Positions 49,946 to 58,081 of a stretch of DNA of 64,000 bases are shown here, piece after piece. Origin of the DNA: Kofleriaceae bacterium. Its GTDB lineage: Bacteria > Myxococcota_A > Polyangia > Haliangiales > Haliangiaceae. The position numbers were made by a program, and so were the translations under genes. The stretch is from NCBI GenBank assembly GCA_965215005.1, contig CBDCCZ010000006.1, positions 160,001 to 224,000 on the forward strand. The letters are read 5' to 3'. Every line of letters starts with the position of its first letter. The stretch's first letter is position 1. The notes under the pieces were generated by a model, which did not search any database, was not told the origin of the DNA, and worked only from the letters and a program-made list of their open reading frames with translations.

Positions 49946-50767
49946 TTAGCGGCCCTGCGCCTTTCGCAGCCAATTCTCGACCGCGCCGCTGCCGAGCAGC
50001 TCGTAAAAACGCTGCGGCACCGCCCGTTTGAGCCGCCAAAGCACCCGCCCATCGCGCATCGGCAACACGTAGAGATGTCCGCGCTCGACCCCATCTAGCG
50101 CCGCCGCGGCCACGGCAGGCGCCTGAATCTTCGAGCGACGCATCATCTTCTCCACCGTTGCCTGAATGCGTTCGTCGATCGCCCCGCGCCCCGACTTATG
50201 GATCGCGGTCAAGAAGAAGGTCGGGCACAGAGCGGTGACGTGCACGCCGCTGGGCCGCAGCTCGCCATGCAATGTCTCGGATAAAGCTACCACCGCTGCT
50301 TTGGTGACGTTGTAGGGCGCCATCTGCGGCGTCGCGAGGAGTCCAGCCGCCGAGGCCACGTTGATGATGTAGCCACTGCCACGCGCTCGCATTGCCGGCA
50401 CGAAACTGTGGCAGCCGTGGATGACGCCCCAAAGATTGATGTCGACACAAAAGCGCCAGTCTTCGAGGCTCACCTCGCCCATCGGCCCTCCCACTGCCAC
50501 GCCGGCGTTGTTGACGAGCAGGTCGACCTCCCCCATCCGCTCACGCGCGTCGGCCGCCAACGCCTCGACCGCCGCTGGATCACGTACGTCGCACTCGCGC
50601 GCCCAGCCGCGCCCGCCTGCTTCCTCGACGAGCTTGACCGTCTCGGCAACCCCCTCGAGGTTGATGTCGCTAGCCAAGACGCAGCCGCCGCGGCGAGCAA
50701 TCTCGAGACAAAACGCGCGACCCAGTCCAGTCGCCGCACCGGTAACCACGGAACGAGGCTGTTGCAT
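49946..50767 (-). CDS. Short-chain dehydrogenase/reductase
   Basis: TGAATGLG, NNAG, YNVTK. Confidence 0.9.
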   Translation of the reverse strand: MQQPRSVVTGAATGLGRAFCLEIARRGGCVLASDINLEGVAETVKLVEEAGGRGWARECDVRDPAAVEALAADARERMGEVDLLVNNAGVAVGGPMGEVSLEDWRFCVDINLWGVIHGCHSFVPAMRARGSGYIINVASAAGLLATPQMAPYNVTKAAVVALSETLHGELRPSGVHVTALCPTFFLTAIHKSGRGAIDERIQATVEKMMRRSKIQAPAVAAAALDGVERGHLYVLPMRDGRVLWRLKRAVPQRFYELLGSGAVENWLRKAQGR

Positions 50768-50846
50768 GGACGCAGCCTACTGCAAAGCCTGCCGTCAGCG
50801 ACGAGCGCAGCGGTATAGTCGAGTTCTTTTCTGCGAGAGGGGCCAC

Positions 50847-52331
50847 GTGTTCGAGACTGCCGAGCTGGGGAGAAAGCTAGCAAAAGACGACTATCACGAG
50901 CGATTGCCGTCGCTGCGCACCGAGCTCTTGACCATGCAACAAGCGCTGCGCGACGCCCCCTTCTCGGTGGTCGTACTTCTGCACGGAATCGAGGGCGCCG
51001 GCAAAGGAGACACGCTCAATCGCCTGCACGAGTGGATGGACGCGCGCTTCCTCATCACCCATGCGCTGAGCCCCGCCACCGACCTGGAGCGCGAGCGGCC
51101 CGAATACTATCGCTATTGGATGCGGCTACCACCGGCAGGCCGCATCGGCATCTTCTTGGGCTCTTGGTACACAGAGCCCTTTCAACAGCGGGTTGGTGGC
51201 GAGCTCGACGACGCTGGTCTCGACGCCGCGCTCGCACGCATCAATCGATTCGAGAAAGCGCTCATCGATGATGGCGCCCTCCTCATCAAGCTGTGGCTCC
51301 ACCTGGGCAAGAAAGACCAGAAGAAGCGCTTCAAGAAGCTCGCCAGCGCAAAAGAGACCTCCTGGCGCGTCACCGACGAGGACTGGAAGCAGCATCGCCA
51401 GTACGAGGCAATGCGCATGATCGCCGGGCGCGTCATCCGCAAGACCTCAACCGGTGAAGCGCCGTGGCTCGTCATCGAAGGCACCGACGCCCGCTATCGC
51501 TCGGTGACGGTGGCCGAACATCTGGCCTCACGGGTGCGCATCCGCACCAGCGAGGCCGGTGAAGGCAACCGCGCACACGACGAGCAGGAGTTTCTCTCCG
51601 CCCATGCCGTCGCTCAATCGATGACCATCCTCGACAAGCTCCATCTGTCGCGTTGCCTGGACAAGGGCGACTACGAGCGCGAGCTCAGTCATTGGCAAGG
51701 AGAGCTCAATCGACTCAGCCGCAAAGCGCAGCAGCGCAAACGCGCCGCGGTCTTGGTTTTCGAAGGATGGGATGCGGCGGGCAAGGGCGGCGCCGTGCGC
51801 CGAATGACGCAGGCGCTCGATGCGCGTTATTACCAGGTCATTCCGGTTTCAGCACCGTCGGACGAGGAGAAGGCGCATCACTATCTGTGGCGCTTCTGGC
51901 GGCAGATACCGCGCGCTGGGCGCATGACAATCTACGATCGCAGCTGGTACGGCCGGGTGCTCGTAGAGCGCGTGGAAGGGCTGGCGACGGTGAGCGAGTG
52001 GATGCGCGCCTACAACGAGATCAACGACTTCGAGGAGCAACTCGTCAATCATGGAATCGTGCTGGCGAAGTTCTGGCTGCACATCGATGCCGATGAGCAG
52101 CTGCAACGCTTTCACGAGCGCGAGCGCACGCCGTGGAAACAGCACAAGATCACCGCGGAGGACTATCGCAATCGCGAGAAGCGGGAAGAGTATCGCGCCG
52201 CCGCGGATGAGATGATCGGCCGCACCAGCACCGAGGTGGCGCCATGGACGCTGGTGGAGGGTAACGACAAACGCTTTGCTCGCGTCAAAGTGATTCAGAC
52301 TGTGTGCAAGCAACTGAAAGAAGCGCTGTGA
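50847..52331 (+). CDS. pap: Polyphosphate:AMP phosphotransferase (two-domain PPK2)
   Basis: Tandem PPK2 domains: degenerate HGIEGAGKG and canonical FEGWDAAGKGG, DRSWYGRVLVERVEG. Confidence 0.92.
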   Translation: MFETAELGRKLAKDDYHERLPSLRTELLTMQQALRDAPFSVVVLLHGIEGAGKGDTLNRLHEWMDARFLITHALSPATDLERERPEYYRYWMRLPPAGRIGIFLGSWYTEPFQQRVGGELDDAGLDAALARINRFEKALIDDGALLIKLWLHLGKKDQKKRFKKLASAKETSWRVTDEDWKQHRQYEAMRMIAGRVIRKTSTGEAPWLVIEGTDARYRSVTVAEHLASRVRIRTSEAGEGNRAHDEQEFLSAHAVAQSMTILDKLHLSRCLDKGDYERELSHWQGELNRLSRKAQQRKRAAVLVFEGWDAAGKGGAVRRMTQALDARYYQVIPVSAPSDEEKAHHYLWRFWRQIPRAGRMTIYDRSWYGRVLVERVEGLATVSEWMRAYNEINDFEEQLVNHGIVLAKFWLHIDADEQLQRFHERERTPWKQHKITAEDYRNREKREEYRAAADEMIGRTSTEVAPWTLVEGNDKRFARVKVIQTVCKQLKEAL

Positions 52332-53044
52332 CCGAAGCGGGGGGCAAATCTTCAGTCCTCTGGCGAGTCGGACTCTTCGTGCTGGCGGTAATCGCCGTGG
52401 TGCTTCTGGTGCGGCTTCTGCCGGTCGACGAAGCAGTGGCGGCGCTGCAGCGCACAGTCGCCGAGCTCGGCTGGATCGGCCCCATCGTGTTTGGTCTCGC
52501 CTACGTCGCCGCCTCGCTGGCGTTCGTTCCCGGCTCAGTACTCACCCTCGCCGCCGGCGCGGTGTTTGGCCTGTGGCTTGGAATCATCACGGTCAGCCTC
52601 GCAGCTACGCTGGCCGCTGCGGCTGCATTCTTGATTTCGCGCTACCTGGCGCGCGAGCGGATCGGGGCGATGGCTGAGAACAATTCGCGATTTGGCGCCA
52701 TCGACCAAGCGGTTGGCGAAGGCGGCTGGAAAATCGTCGGTCTGCTTCGGTTGTCGCCCGCGGTGCCGTTTAGCGTGAGCAACTACTTGTTTGGCCTCAC
52801 CTCGATCCAGTTTTGGCCGTATGTGGGCGTCAGCCTGGTGGCGATGCTGCCTGGCACGTTCTTATACGTGTATCTCGGCTACGCCGGGCGCGCCGGGGTG
52901 AGCGCTGCAGAGGATGGTGGATCACGCGGGCCGCTCGAGTGGGTACTGCTCGCGGTCGGGCTGCTCGCGACGCTCGCCGTTACCATCTACGTGACCCGGC
53001 TAGCGCGGCGCGCACTACGCCAGCGGACAGACGTGACCGAGTAG
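52328..53044 (+). CDS. TVP38/TMEM64 (DedA/VTT) membrane protein
   Basis: VPGSVLTLAAGAVFG, LLRLSPAVPF..SNY.FG; GTGA overlap with pap. Confidence 0.88.
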   Translation: MTEAGGKSSVLWRVGLFVLAVIAVVLLVRLLPVDEAVAALQRTVAELGWIGPIVFGLAYVAASLAFVPGSVLTLAAGAVFGLWLGIITVSLAATLAAAAAFLISRYLARERIGAMAENNSRFGAIDQAVGEGGWKIVGLLRLSPAVPFSVSNYLFGLTSIQFWPYVGVSLVAMLPGTFLYVYLGYAGRAGVSAAEDGGSRGPLEWVLLAVGLLATLAVTIYVTRLARRALRQRTDVTE

Positions 53045-53164
53045 CAATACCGCGCGCAATTCTGCGCAGCAGCGCCACGACGTGGCAGTTAAGCGCCGCT
53101 ACCCCGCACAAGGCTCCCCGACCACAATCGTCTCGTGCCACTGCCTCTCGCCTTTTGCGGGTAA

Positions 53165-53180
53165 TGGCCCTCTCCTTGCA
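53165..53180 (+). promoter_or_regulatory. Putative sigma54 promoter (near-leaderless) of the LysR gene
   Basis: TGGCCCT-CTCC-TTGCA, 12 nt before ATG 53193. Confidence 0.55.
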
Positions 53181-53192
53181 GTCGCTCGGCTG

Positions 53193-54107
53193 ATGATGAC
53201 GCAAAGCGTCCAACAGCTCAACTTCAACCACCTCTACTACTTCCATATGGTGGCCACCGAGGGATCGCTCTCCGCAGCCGCCCGACGCATGGGCGTGACT
53301 CAGCCAACCGTGAGTGAGCAGATCAAACAGCTCGAGCGCTCACTTGGCACCTCGCTCTTCGAGCGCAAACGAGGTGGCGGACTGTCGCTAAACGAGGAAG
53401 GCAGGCGCGTTCTCGAGCACACGCAGGTGATGTTTCGCGCCAGCGAGCGGCTGCTCTGCGAGCTTGACGGTCACGCCGATTCGAGTCGGCGTGCCCTGCA
53501 GGTGGGCATCTCATCGACCATCACTCGCACGTTTGCCGCGCAGTTTTTTCTACCACTGTTCGAAATGCCGGCGATCGCCCCACGTATTCGCAGCGGCAGC
53601 CACGAAGTTCTGTTTGAACGTCTAGTAGCGCTCGAGCTCGATATTCTGCTCACCGACACGTTGCCGCACGAGCCCGAAGAGCTGGGGCTCAAGACCCGCG
53701 TCGTCCACACGCCGCGGCTGGTGGCGGTGGCATCTCCAGAGATGGCCGCGCGCATTCACGCCTTTCCAGAAGATCTCGCGTCGGTGCCGCTGCTTCGCTT
53801 CACCCAAGGAGCGCGAGTTCGCTACGAAACTGATCGCTACCTGCGCGAGCGTGGGGTGGTTCCGCAGATCGCTGGCGAAACTGACGACGTATCGCTGATG
53901 GCGCACGCCGCCGCAGTGGGAATCGGAGTCGCGTTCGTTCCATCCACCGTGATTCGCGACCAGACCGAGAAGGGAACACTGGTGGAAATCGCTCCGGTTG
54001 CGGAAATCGAGCAGCGAGTCTACGCGGTCTTTGCGCATCGAGAGACCCCAGCGCAGGTGCTCGACGCCGTGGAGAGTCTCGTCCAACCCGGCGTCGGCGC
54101 GACGTGA
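53193..54107 (+). CDS. LysR family regulator (NhaR-like)
   Basis: LNFNHLYYF..VA.EGS...AA..MGVTQPTVSEQIKQLE HTH. Confidence 0.9.
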   Translation: MMTQSVQQLNFNHLYYFHMVATEGSLSAAARRMGVTQPTVSEQIKQLERSLGTSLFERKRGGGLSLNEEGRRVLEHTQVMFRASERLLCELDGHADSSRRALQVGISSTITRTFAAQFFLPLFEMPAIAPRIRSGSHEVLFERLVALELDILLTDTLPHEPEELGLKTRVVHTPRLVAVASPEMAARIHAFPEDLASVPLLRFTQGARVRYETDRYLRERGVVPQIAGETDDVSLMAHAAAVGIGVAFVPSTVIRDQTEKGTLVEIAPVAEIEQRVYAVFAHRETPAQVLDAVESLVQPGVGAT

Positions 54108-54334
54108 GCACAACGCAGGTATCGCCGCGCGCGGGCCCTGCTGCTGATAGGCGACGCCACGACTGCGGCAAGGGATTGCCGCAGTCGTGAGCCGTCAGAA
54201 ACGCAACAACATGGGCGGAGCCGTTCAGAAGAGGCTCTTGCAGAGGCAGCCTGCCCCGCCTCCGCGGCCGACAATCGCGTCACGAATTGCGCGACGTTGT
54301 ACTTGCTGGCGCCATCGCGCCTACAATGCGCGCC

Positions 54335-54715
54335 ATGCCGAGCGCGCCGCTCACGATCCTACTCGTCGAAGATCAAGAAGACAGCCGCGACTTGATGGCA
54401 TTCGCGCTCACGCGCCGTGGATACCGAGTCGAAACCGCGGCGTCGGGCCAGGAAGCGCTCGATCGACTGTGCGCAGGAGCCGTTGACGTCGCGCTGATCG
54501 ACCTCGGACTGCCCGACATGCCTGGAGACGAGGTGGCGCGACAGGCTACCGCGCGGCTCGGTGCGGCAACGCCGGTGCTGATCGCGCTCACCGGTCGCTC
54601 CTTGGAAGCGGATCTTCAGCGCACCCGCAGCGCAGGATTTCGCGATCACTTAGTCAAACCGGCGTCGGTGGCGCACATAGCGCGCGTCATCGATGATGCC
54701 CTCGCTGCCGAGTGA
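54335..54715 (+). CDS. Single-domain response regulator
   Basis: LVEDQ, LIDLGLP, ALTG, VKP. Confidence 0.88.
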   Translation: MPSAPLTILLVEDQEDSRDLMAFALTRRGYRVETAASGQEALDRLCAGAVDVALIDLGLPDMPGDEVARQATARLGAATPVLIALTGRSLEADLQRTRSAGFRDHLVKPASVAHIARVIDDALAAE

Positions 54716-55188
54716 CCACTCATCCCGTAACGCTCGCGGTCCGGCAGCTGCGGGAGGGTGGGGTGAAGTTTTCGCCACTGCTCTACCGCTACCGTGGCGC
54801 ACGCGCCGAGGTTCACGCCGCGGAGCTCGGCATCGACCCTATGCGGCTCGGCAAAACCATCATTTTGCGAGACGCCGACGATCAGGCTCTCGTGGTGGTG
54901 ATGTGCTCGCCGTGGGAGATCGCGACCAAAGCGCTAGCGCGGCACATCGGTAGCAAGCGAGTCGAGCCGGTGGCGCCAGCGCGGGCCGAGTCGCTTTCGG
55001 GCTATCGAATCGGCGGCATCAGCCCATTTGGGCAACGCACCCCACTGGCGACCTACGCGCAGCTCGAGCTGTTTGGCTTCGAGACGATCTTCGTCAATGG
55101 CGGCCAGCGCGGATTCTTGGTCGAGCTCGCGCCCGACGCATTGGCCCGTCTGCTTGCCGCCGAGCTCATTGACTGCGCCACTCGCTAG
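54712..55188 (+). CDS. ybaK: YbaK/EbsC aminoacyl-tRNA deacylase
   Basis: KT motif, GYRIGGISPFGQ, NGGQRG; GTGA overlap with the upstream response regulator. Confidence 0.85.
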   Translation: MTTHPVTLAVRQLREGGVKFSPLLYRYRGARAEVHAAELGIDPMRLGKTIILRDADDQALVVVMCSPWEIATKALARHIGSKRVEPVAPARAESLSGYRIGGISPFGQRTPLATYAQLELFGFETIFVNGGQRGFLVELAPDALARLLAAELIDCATR

Positions 55189-55200
55189 CGGTTTGCGCAG

Positions 55201-55216
55201 TGGCCACGCATTTGCC
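55201..55216 (+). promoter_or_regulatory. Putative sigma54 promoter of the PAS kinase gene
   Basis: TGGCCAC-GCAT-TTGCC. Confidence 0.4.
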
Positions 55217-55303
55217 GCGAACGATCTCACGCCTCGAGCGGGAGGCTGATATGCTGGCCTCCATTCGTTCACGCACGTGCATCCATGCAACGCAATGGAA
55301 GCG

Positions 55304-57331
55304 ATGTCTAGCCGCGCTGACCGCCTAGAGCAGACTGCGCTACGGGCGCAGATTGCCGACCTCGAACGCGAGCTCGAGCGCGCCCGCCGCGTCATCCACG
55401 CGCTGGTGGGCGAGAAGATCGACGCCATCGTGTCTCCCGCCGCCACCGAACCCTTGCTGCTGCAGCAGGCCCGGGAGGAGCTGCGCCGCAGCGAGCTGCT
55501 ATTGCGCGCCATCTTCGAGGGCTCGGTGGATGCGCTGCTGTTCACCGACCACGTCGGTGCCATTCTCGAGGCCAATCCGGCCGCGTGCGCGCTGTTTGGC
55601 CGCGACCGCGATGGCCTGCTCGGTACCACCACAGCGGAGTTGGCTGCGCCAGCTCCCGGGCTCGACGCTGCCGGCGAGCGGGGTACGATGCGGCTTACCC
55701 GGCCCAGTGGCGAAGAGCGTCTCATCGAGTACACGATCCGCCGCGTGCTCGAAGGGTGCAGCGTCTCGGTGCTGCGCGACGTCACCGATCGCGTCCGCGC
55801 CGATCGCGAGAAACGCAGCGCCGCCGAGGAGCTGCAGCGGACCTCGCAGCTCCTCGAGAGCATCGTGGCCGCGGCGCCGCACGGCATTGCGGTGCTCGAC
55901 ACCGATGGGCAGCTGCGGCTATGGAATCCCGCGGCCGAGCGCATCACTGGCTGGTCGCGTGAGGAGCTCAATCCGCCGGTGCCGCATGCAGCAACGGACG
56001 CGGAGTGGCGGGCGCTGCTAGCATCGGTGTGCGCCGCCAAACGCCGCGACTACGTCGCCCTGCGCCGGCTCGGTAAGAACGGCCAAGTGGTCGACCTTTT
56101 GCTCTCGCAGGCGCCGCTGCTCGAATCGGGTGCCGCGGTCGGCGCGGTGCTCGTGTTCGCCGACTTGACAGAAACCCGCCATCTCGAGGCGCAGCTGCGA
56201 GAAGCGCAAAAGATGGAAGCGGTGGGTCTGTTGGCAGGCGGCGTAGCCCACGACTTCAACAACATGTTGGCGGCGATACGCGGCTTTGCAGGTCTCTTGC
56301 GCTCCGACCTCGCAGAGCACGATCCACTGCGCAGCGATGTCGATGAGATTCTGGCCGCGTCGGAACGCGCCGCAAGCCTCACTGGCCAGCTGCTCGCAGT
56401 GAGCCGTCGCCAGCCGATCAAGCTCGCGCCGATGGATCTATGCAGCATCGTCGCCGGCATGGAGCGGATGCTCGAGCGGGTGATGGGTGAGGACATCGAG
56501 GTCTGCACCTTCTTTACGAGCTGCCCTGCAACGGTGCGCGGCGCGCGCACTCAGCTCGAGCAAATTCTGCTAAATCTGGCGGTCAATGCGCGCGATGCCA
56601 TGCCCCGCGGCGGCAGCTTGATGATCGAGCTCGAGCCGATCATCGTGCGCACCCAAGCAAAGGAAGCGCCGGCAAAACGCTACGTCGGCCTCACGGTAAT
56701 CGACACCGGCGTGGGCATGGATGAAGAGACCCGCAGTCGCGTGTTCGAGCCATTCTTCACCACCAAAGATCTTGGCCGCGGCACTGGACTCGGGCTCGCC
56801 ACCGTCTACGGCATCGTCAAGCAGCTCGGCGGCACCATCGACATCGACAGCGAGCTCGGCCGCGGGACCTCGGTGCGGATCCTGTTTCCGCGCACCGACG
56901 ATGAGCCCGCGCCCATGGAAGCGCCGCGGCCCAAGGTGCTTCGGCCGCGAGGCACCGAGTGCGTCTTGGTCGTGGAAGACGAGCCGGCGGTGCGGCGCAT
57001 GCTCGTGCACTTGCTATCGCGCCACGGCTATCGGGTGCTGCATGCTGCCAATGCCGGTGAGGCGCTGCTCATCGCCGAAGAGTTTGGCGCCAGCATCGAT
57101 TTGCTGCTCACGGATGTGGTGTTGCCGCGCCGCAGCGGTCTGGAGCTCGCCGAGCGCCTGCAGAGCGACCATCCGCGGCTGCGAGTCATCTATGTTACCG
57201 GCTACATGGTGACGTCCGAAGCGATCCTCAGCGGCGAAGTGGTCACGAAACCATTCGACCCCGCGGTTCTCCTCGAGCGTATCCGCGCGGTCCTCGACGC
57301 TCCGGGGGTGCCCGCGCCCGGCGCCCGGTGA
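55304..57331 (+). CDS. PAS-PAS hybrid histidine kinase (CckA-like) with C-terminal REC
   Basis: ANPAAC and WNPAAE PAS motifs, AQKMEAVG..AGGVAHDFNN, NARDAM, FEPFFTTK, LTDVVLP. Confidence 0.92.
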   Translation: MSSRADRLEQTALRAQIADLERELERARRVIHALVGEKIDAIVSPAATEPLLLQQAREELRRSELLLRAIFEGSVDALLFTDHVGAILEANPAACALFGRDRDGLLGTTTAELAAPAPGLDAAGERGTMRLTRPSGEERLIEYTIRRVLEGCSVSVLRDVTDRVRADREKRSAAEELQRTSQLLESIVAAAPHGIAVLDTDGQLRLWNPAAERITGWSREELNPPVPHAATDAEWRALLASVCAAKRRDYVALRRLGKNGQVVDLLLSQAPLLESGAAVGAVLVFADLTETRHLEAQLREAQKMEAVGLLAGGVAHDFNNMLAAIRGFAGLLRSDLAEHDPLRSDVDEILAASERAASLTGQLLAVSRRQPIKLAPMDLCSIVAGMERMLERVMGEDIEVCTFFTSCPATVRGARTQLEQILLNLAVNARDAMPRGGSLMIELEPIIVRTQAKEAPAKRYVGLTVIDTGVGMDEETRSRVFEPFFTTKDLGRGTGLGLATVYGIVKQLGGTIDIDSELGRGTSVRILFPRTDDEPAPMEAPRPKVLRPRGTECVLVVEDEPAVRRMLVHLLSRHGYRVLHAANAGEALLIAEEFGASIDLLLTDVVLPRRSGLELAERLQSDHPRLRVIYVTGYMVTSEAILSGEVVTKPFDPAVLLERIRAVLDAPGVPAPGAR

Positions 57332-57384
57332 TCAAAGAGCGCCGTTGAATTTGCTTCAATCAAGCGCGCGTCAGCAGCCCCGCC

Positions 57385-57414
57385 CTTGACTTACCCCCAC
57401 TTGAGGTTTAACCC
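57385..57414 (+). promoter_or_regulatory. sigma70-like promoter overlapped by a HAIR-like element
   Basis: TTGACT-N17-TAACCC; CTTGACT-N7-ACTTGAG versus HAIR consensus CTTGAGT-N7-ACTCAAG. Confidence 0.4.
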
Positions 57415-57424
57415 ACAGCCGACC

Positions 57425-58081
57425 ATGTCGCGTTTCATCCTCGCCTTTGTGTGCTTCTTTCGGCTGCTGTTCACCGGCAAGCTTCCCGCGAGCGCCGCAC
57501 CGCGGCTGCCAGCCGAGGCTCTACCCCGTCTCGGAGCACCGACGCCGGAGCCCGACGTTCCCGACGTAATCGAGCGCGAGCCGGGGAAGGCGTTCATGGT
57601 GGAGCCGGCAGCGACAAAGGCGGAGGCCCACTCGGCCACCAGCCCGGCTGCCGCCAAGCCGGCCGTCGCAAAGCCCGCCGTCGCGGTTGGTGAGGCGCAT
57701 CGCGAAGGCGCCCTAGCGCTCCTCGGGCTGCTGCAGCGCGAAGCGCGGCTCGTCGACTTCTTGCAGGAAGATCTGGATGAAGCCAGCGACGAGCAGATTG
57801 GCGCGGTGGTTCGCGACATCCACCGCAGCTGCAAGAAGGTGCTCGCCGATCACGTCAAACTAGAAGCTGTGATGCCCGGCGAGGAAGACGCTGCCGTCAC
57901 CGTTCCGCGCGGCTTCGACCCGATCGAGGTCAAGCTGGTGGGTGCGGTGGATGGCCAGCCGCCCTTTAAAGGAGTCATGCGACACCACGGCTGGCGCGCG
58001 GTGGACGTGCATTTCCCCGAGCTCAGCGAGGGCATCGATCGGCACGTGCTTGCGCCGGCGGAAGTCGAGATCAGCGGATGA
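57425..58081 (+). CDS. DUF2760 protein
   Basis: GALALLGLLQREARLVDFLQED, G.V.G.PPF.G...HHGW, APAEVE. Confidence 0.85.
   Translation: MSRFILAFVCFFRLLFTGKLPASAAPRLPAEALPRLGAPTPEPDVPDVIEREPGKAFMVEPAATKAEAHSATSPAAAKPAVAKPAVAVGEAHREGALALLGLLQREARLVDFLQEDLDEASDEQIGAVVRDIHRSCKKVLADHVKLEAVMPGEEDAAVTVPRGFDPIEVKLVGAVDGQPPFKGVMRHHGWRAVDVHFPELSEGIDRHVLAPAEVEISG

Noticed and set aside
50421..50846. N-terminal 142-aa extension of pap in the ORF track
   Set aside because: Overlaps the SDR on the opposite strand; the real start fits GTG 50847 with an SD-like GAGGGG.
54934..56040. 368-aa - strand ORF
   Set aside because: Ser/Arg-rich shadow of ybaK and the PAS kinase.
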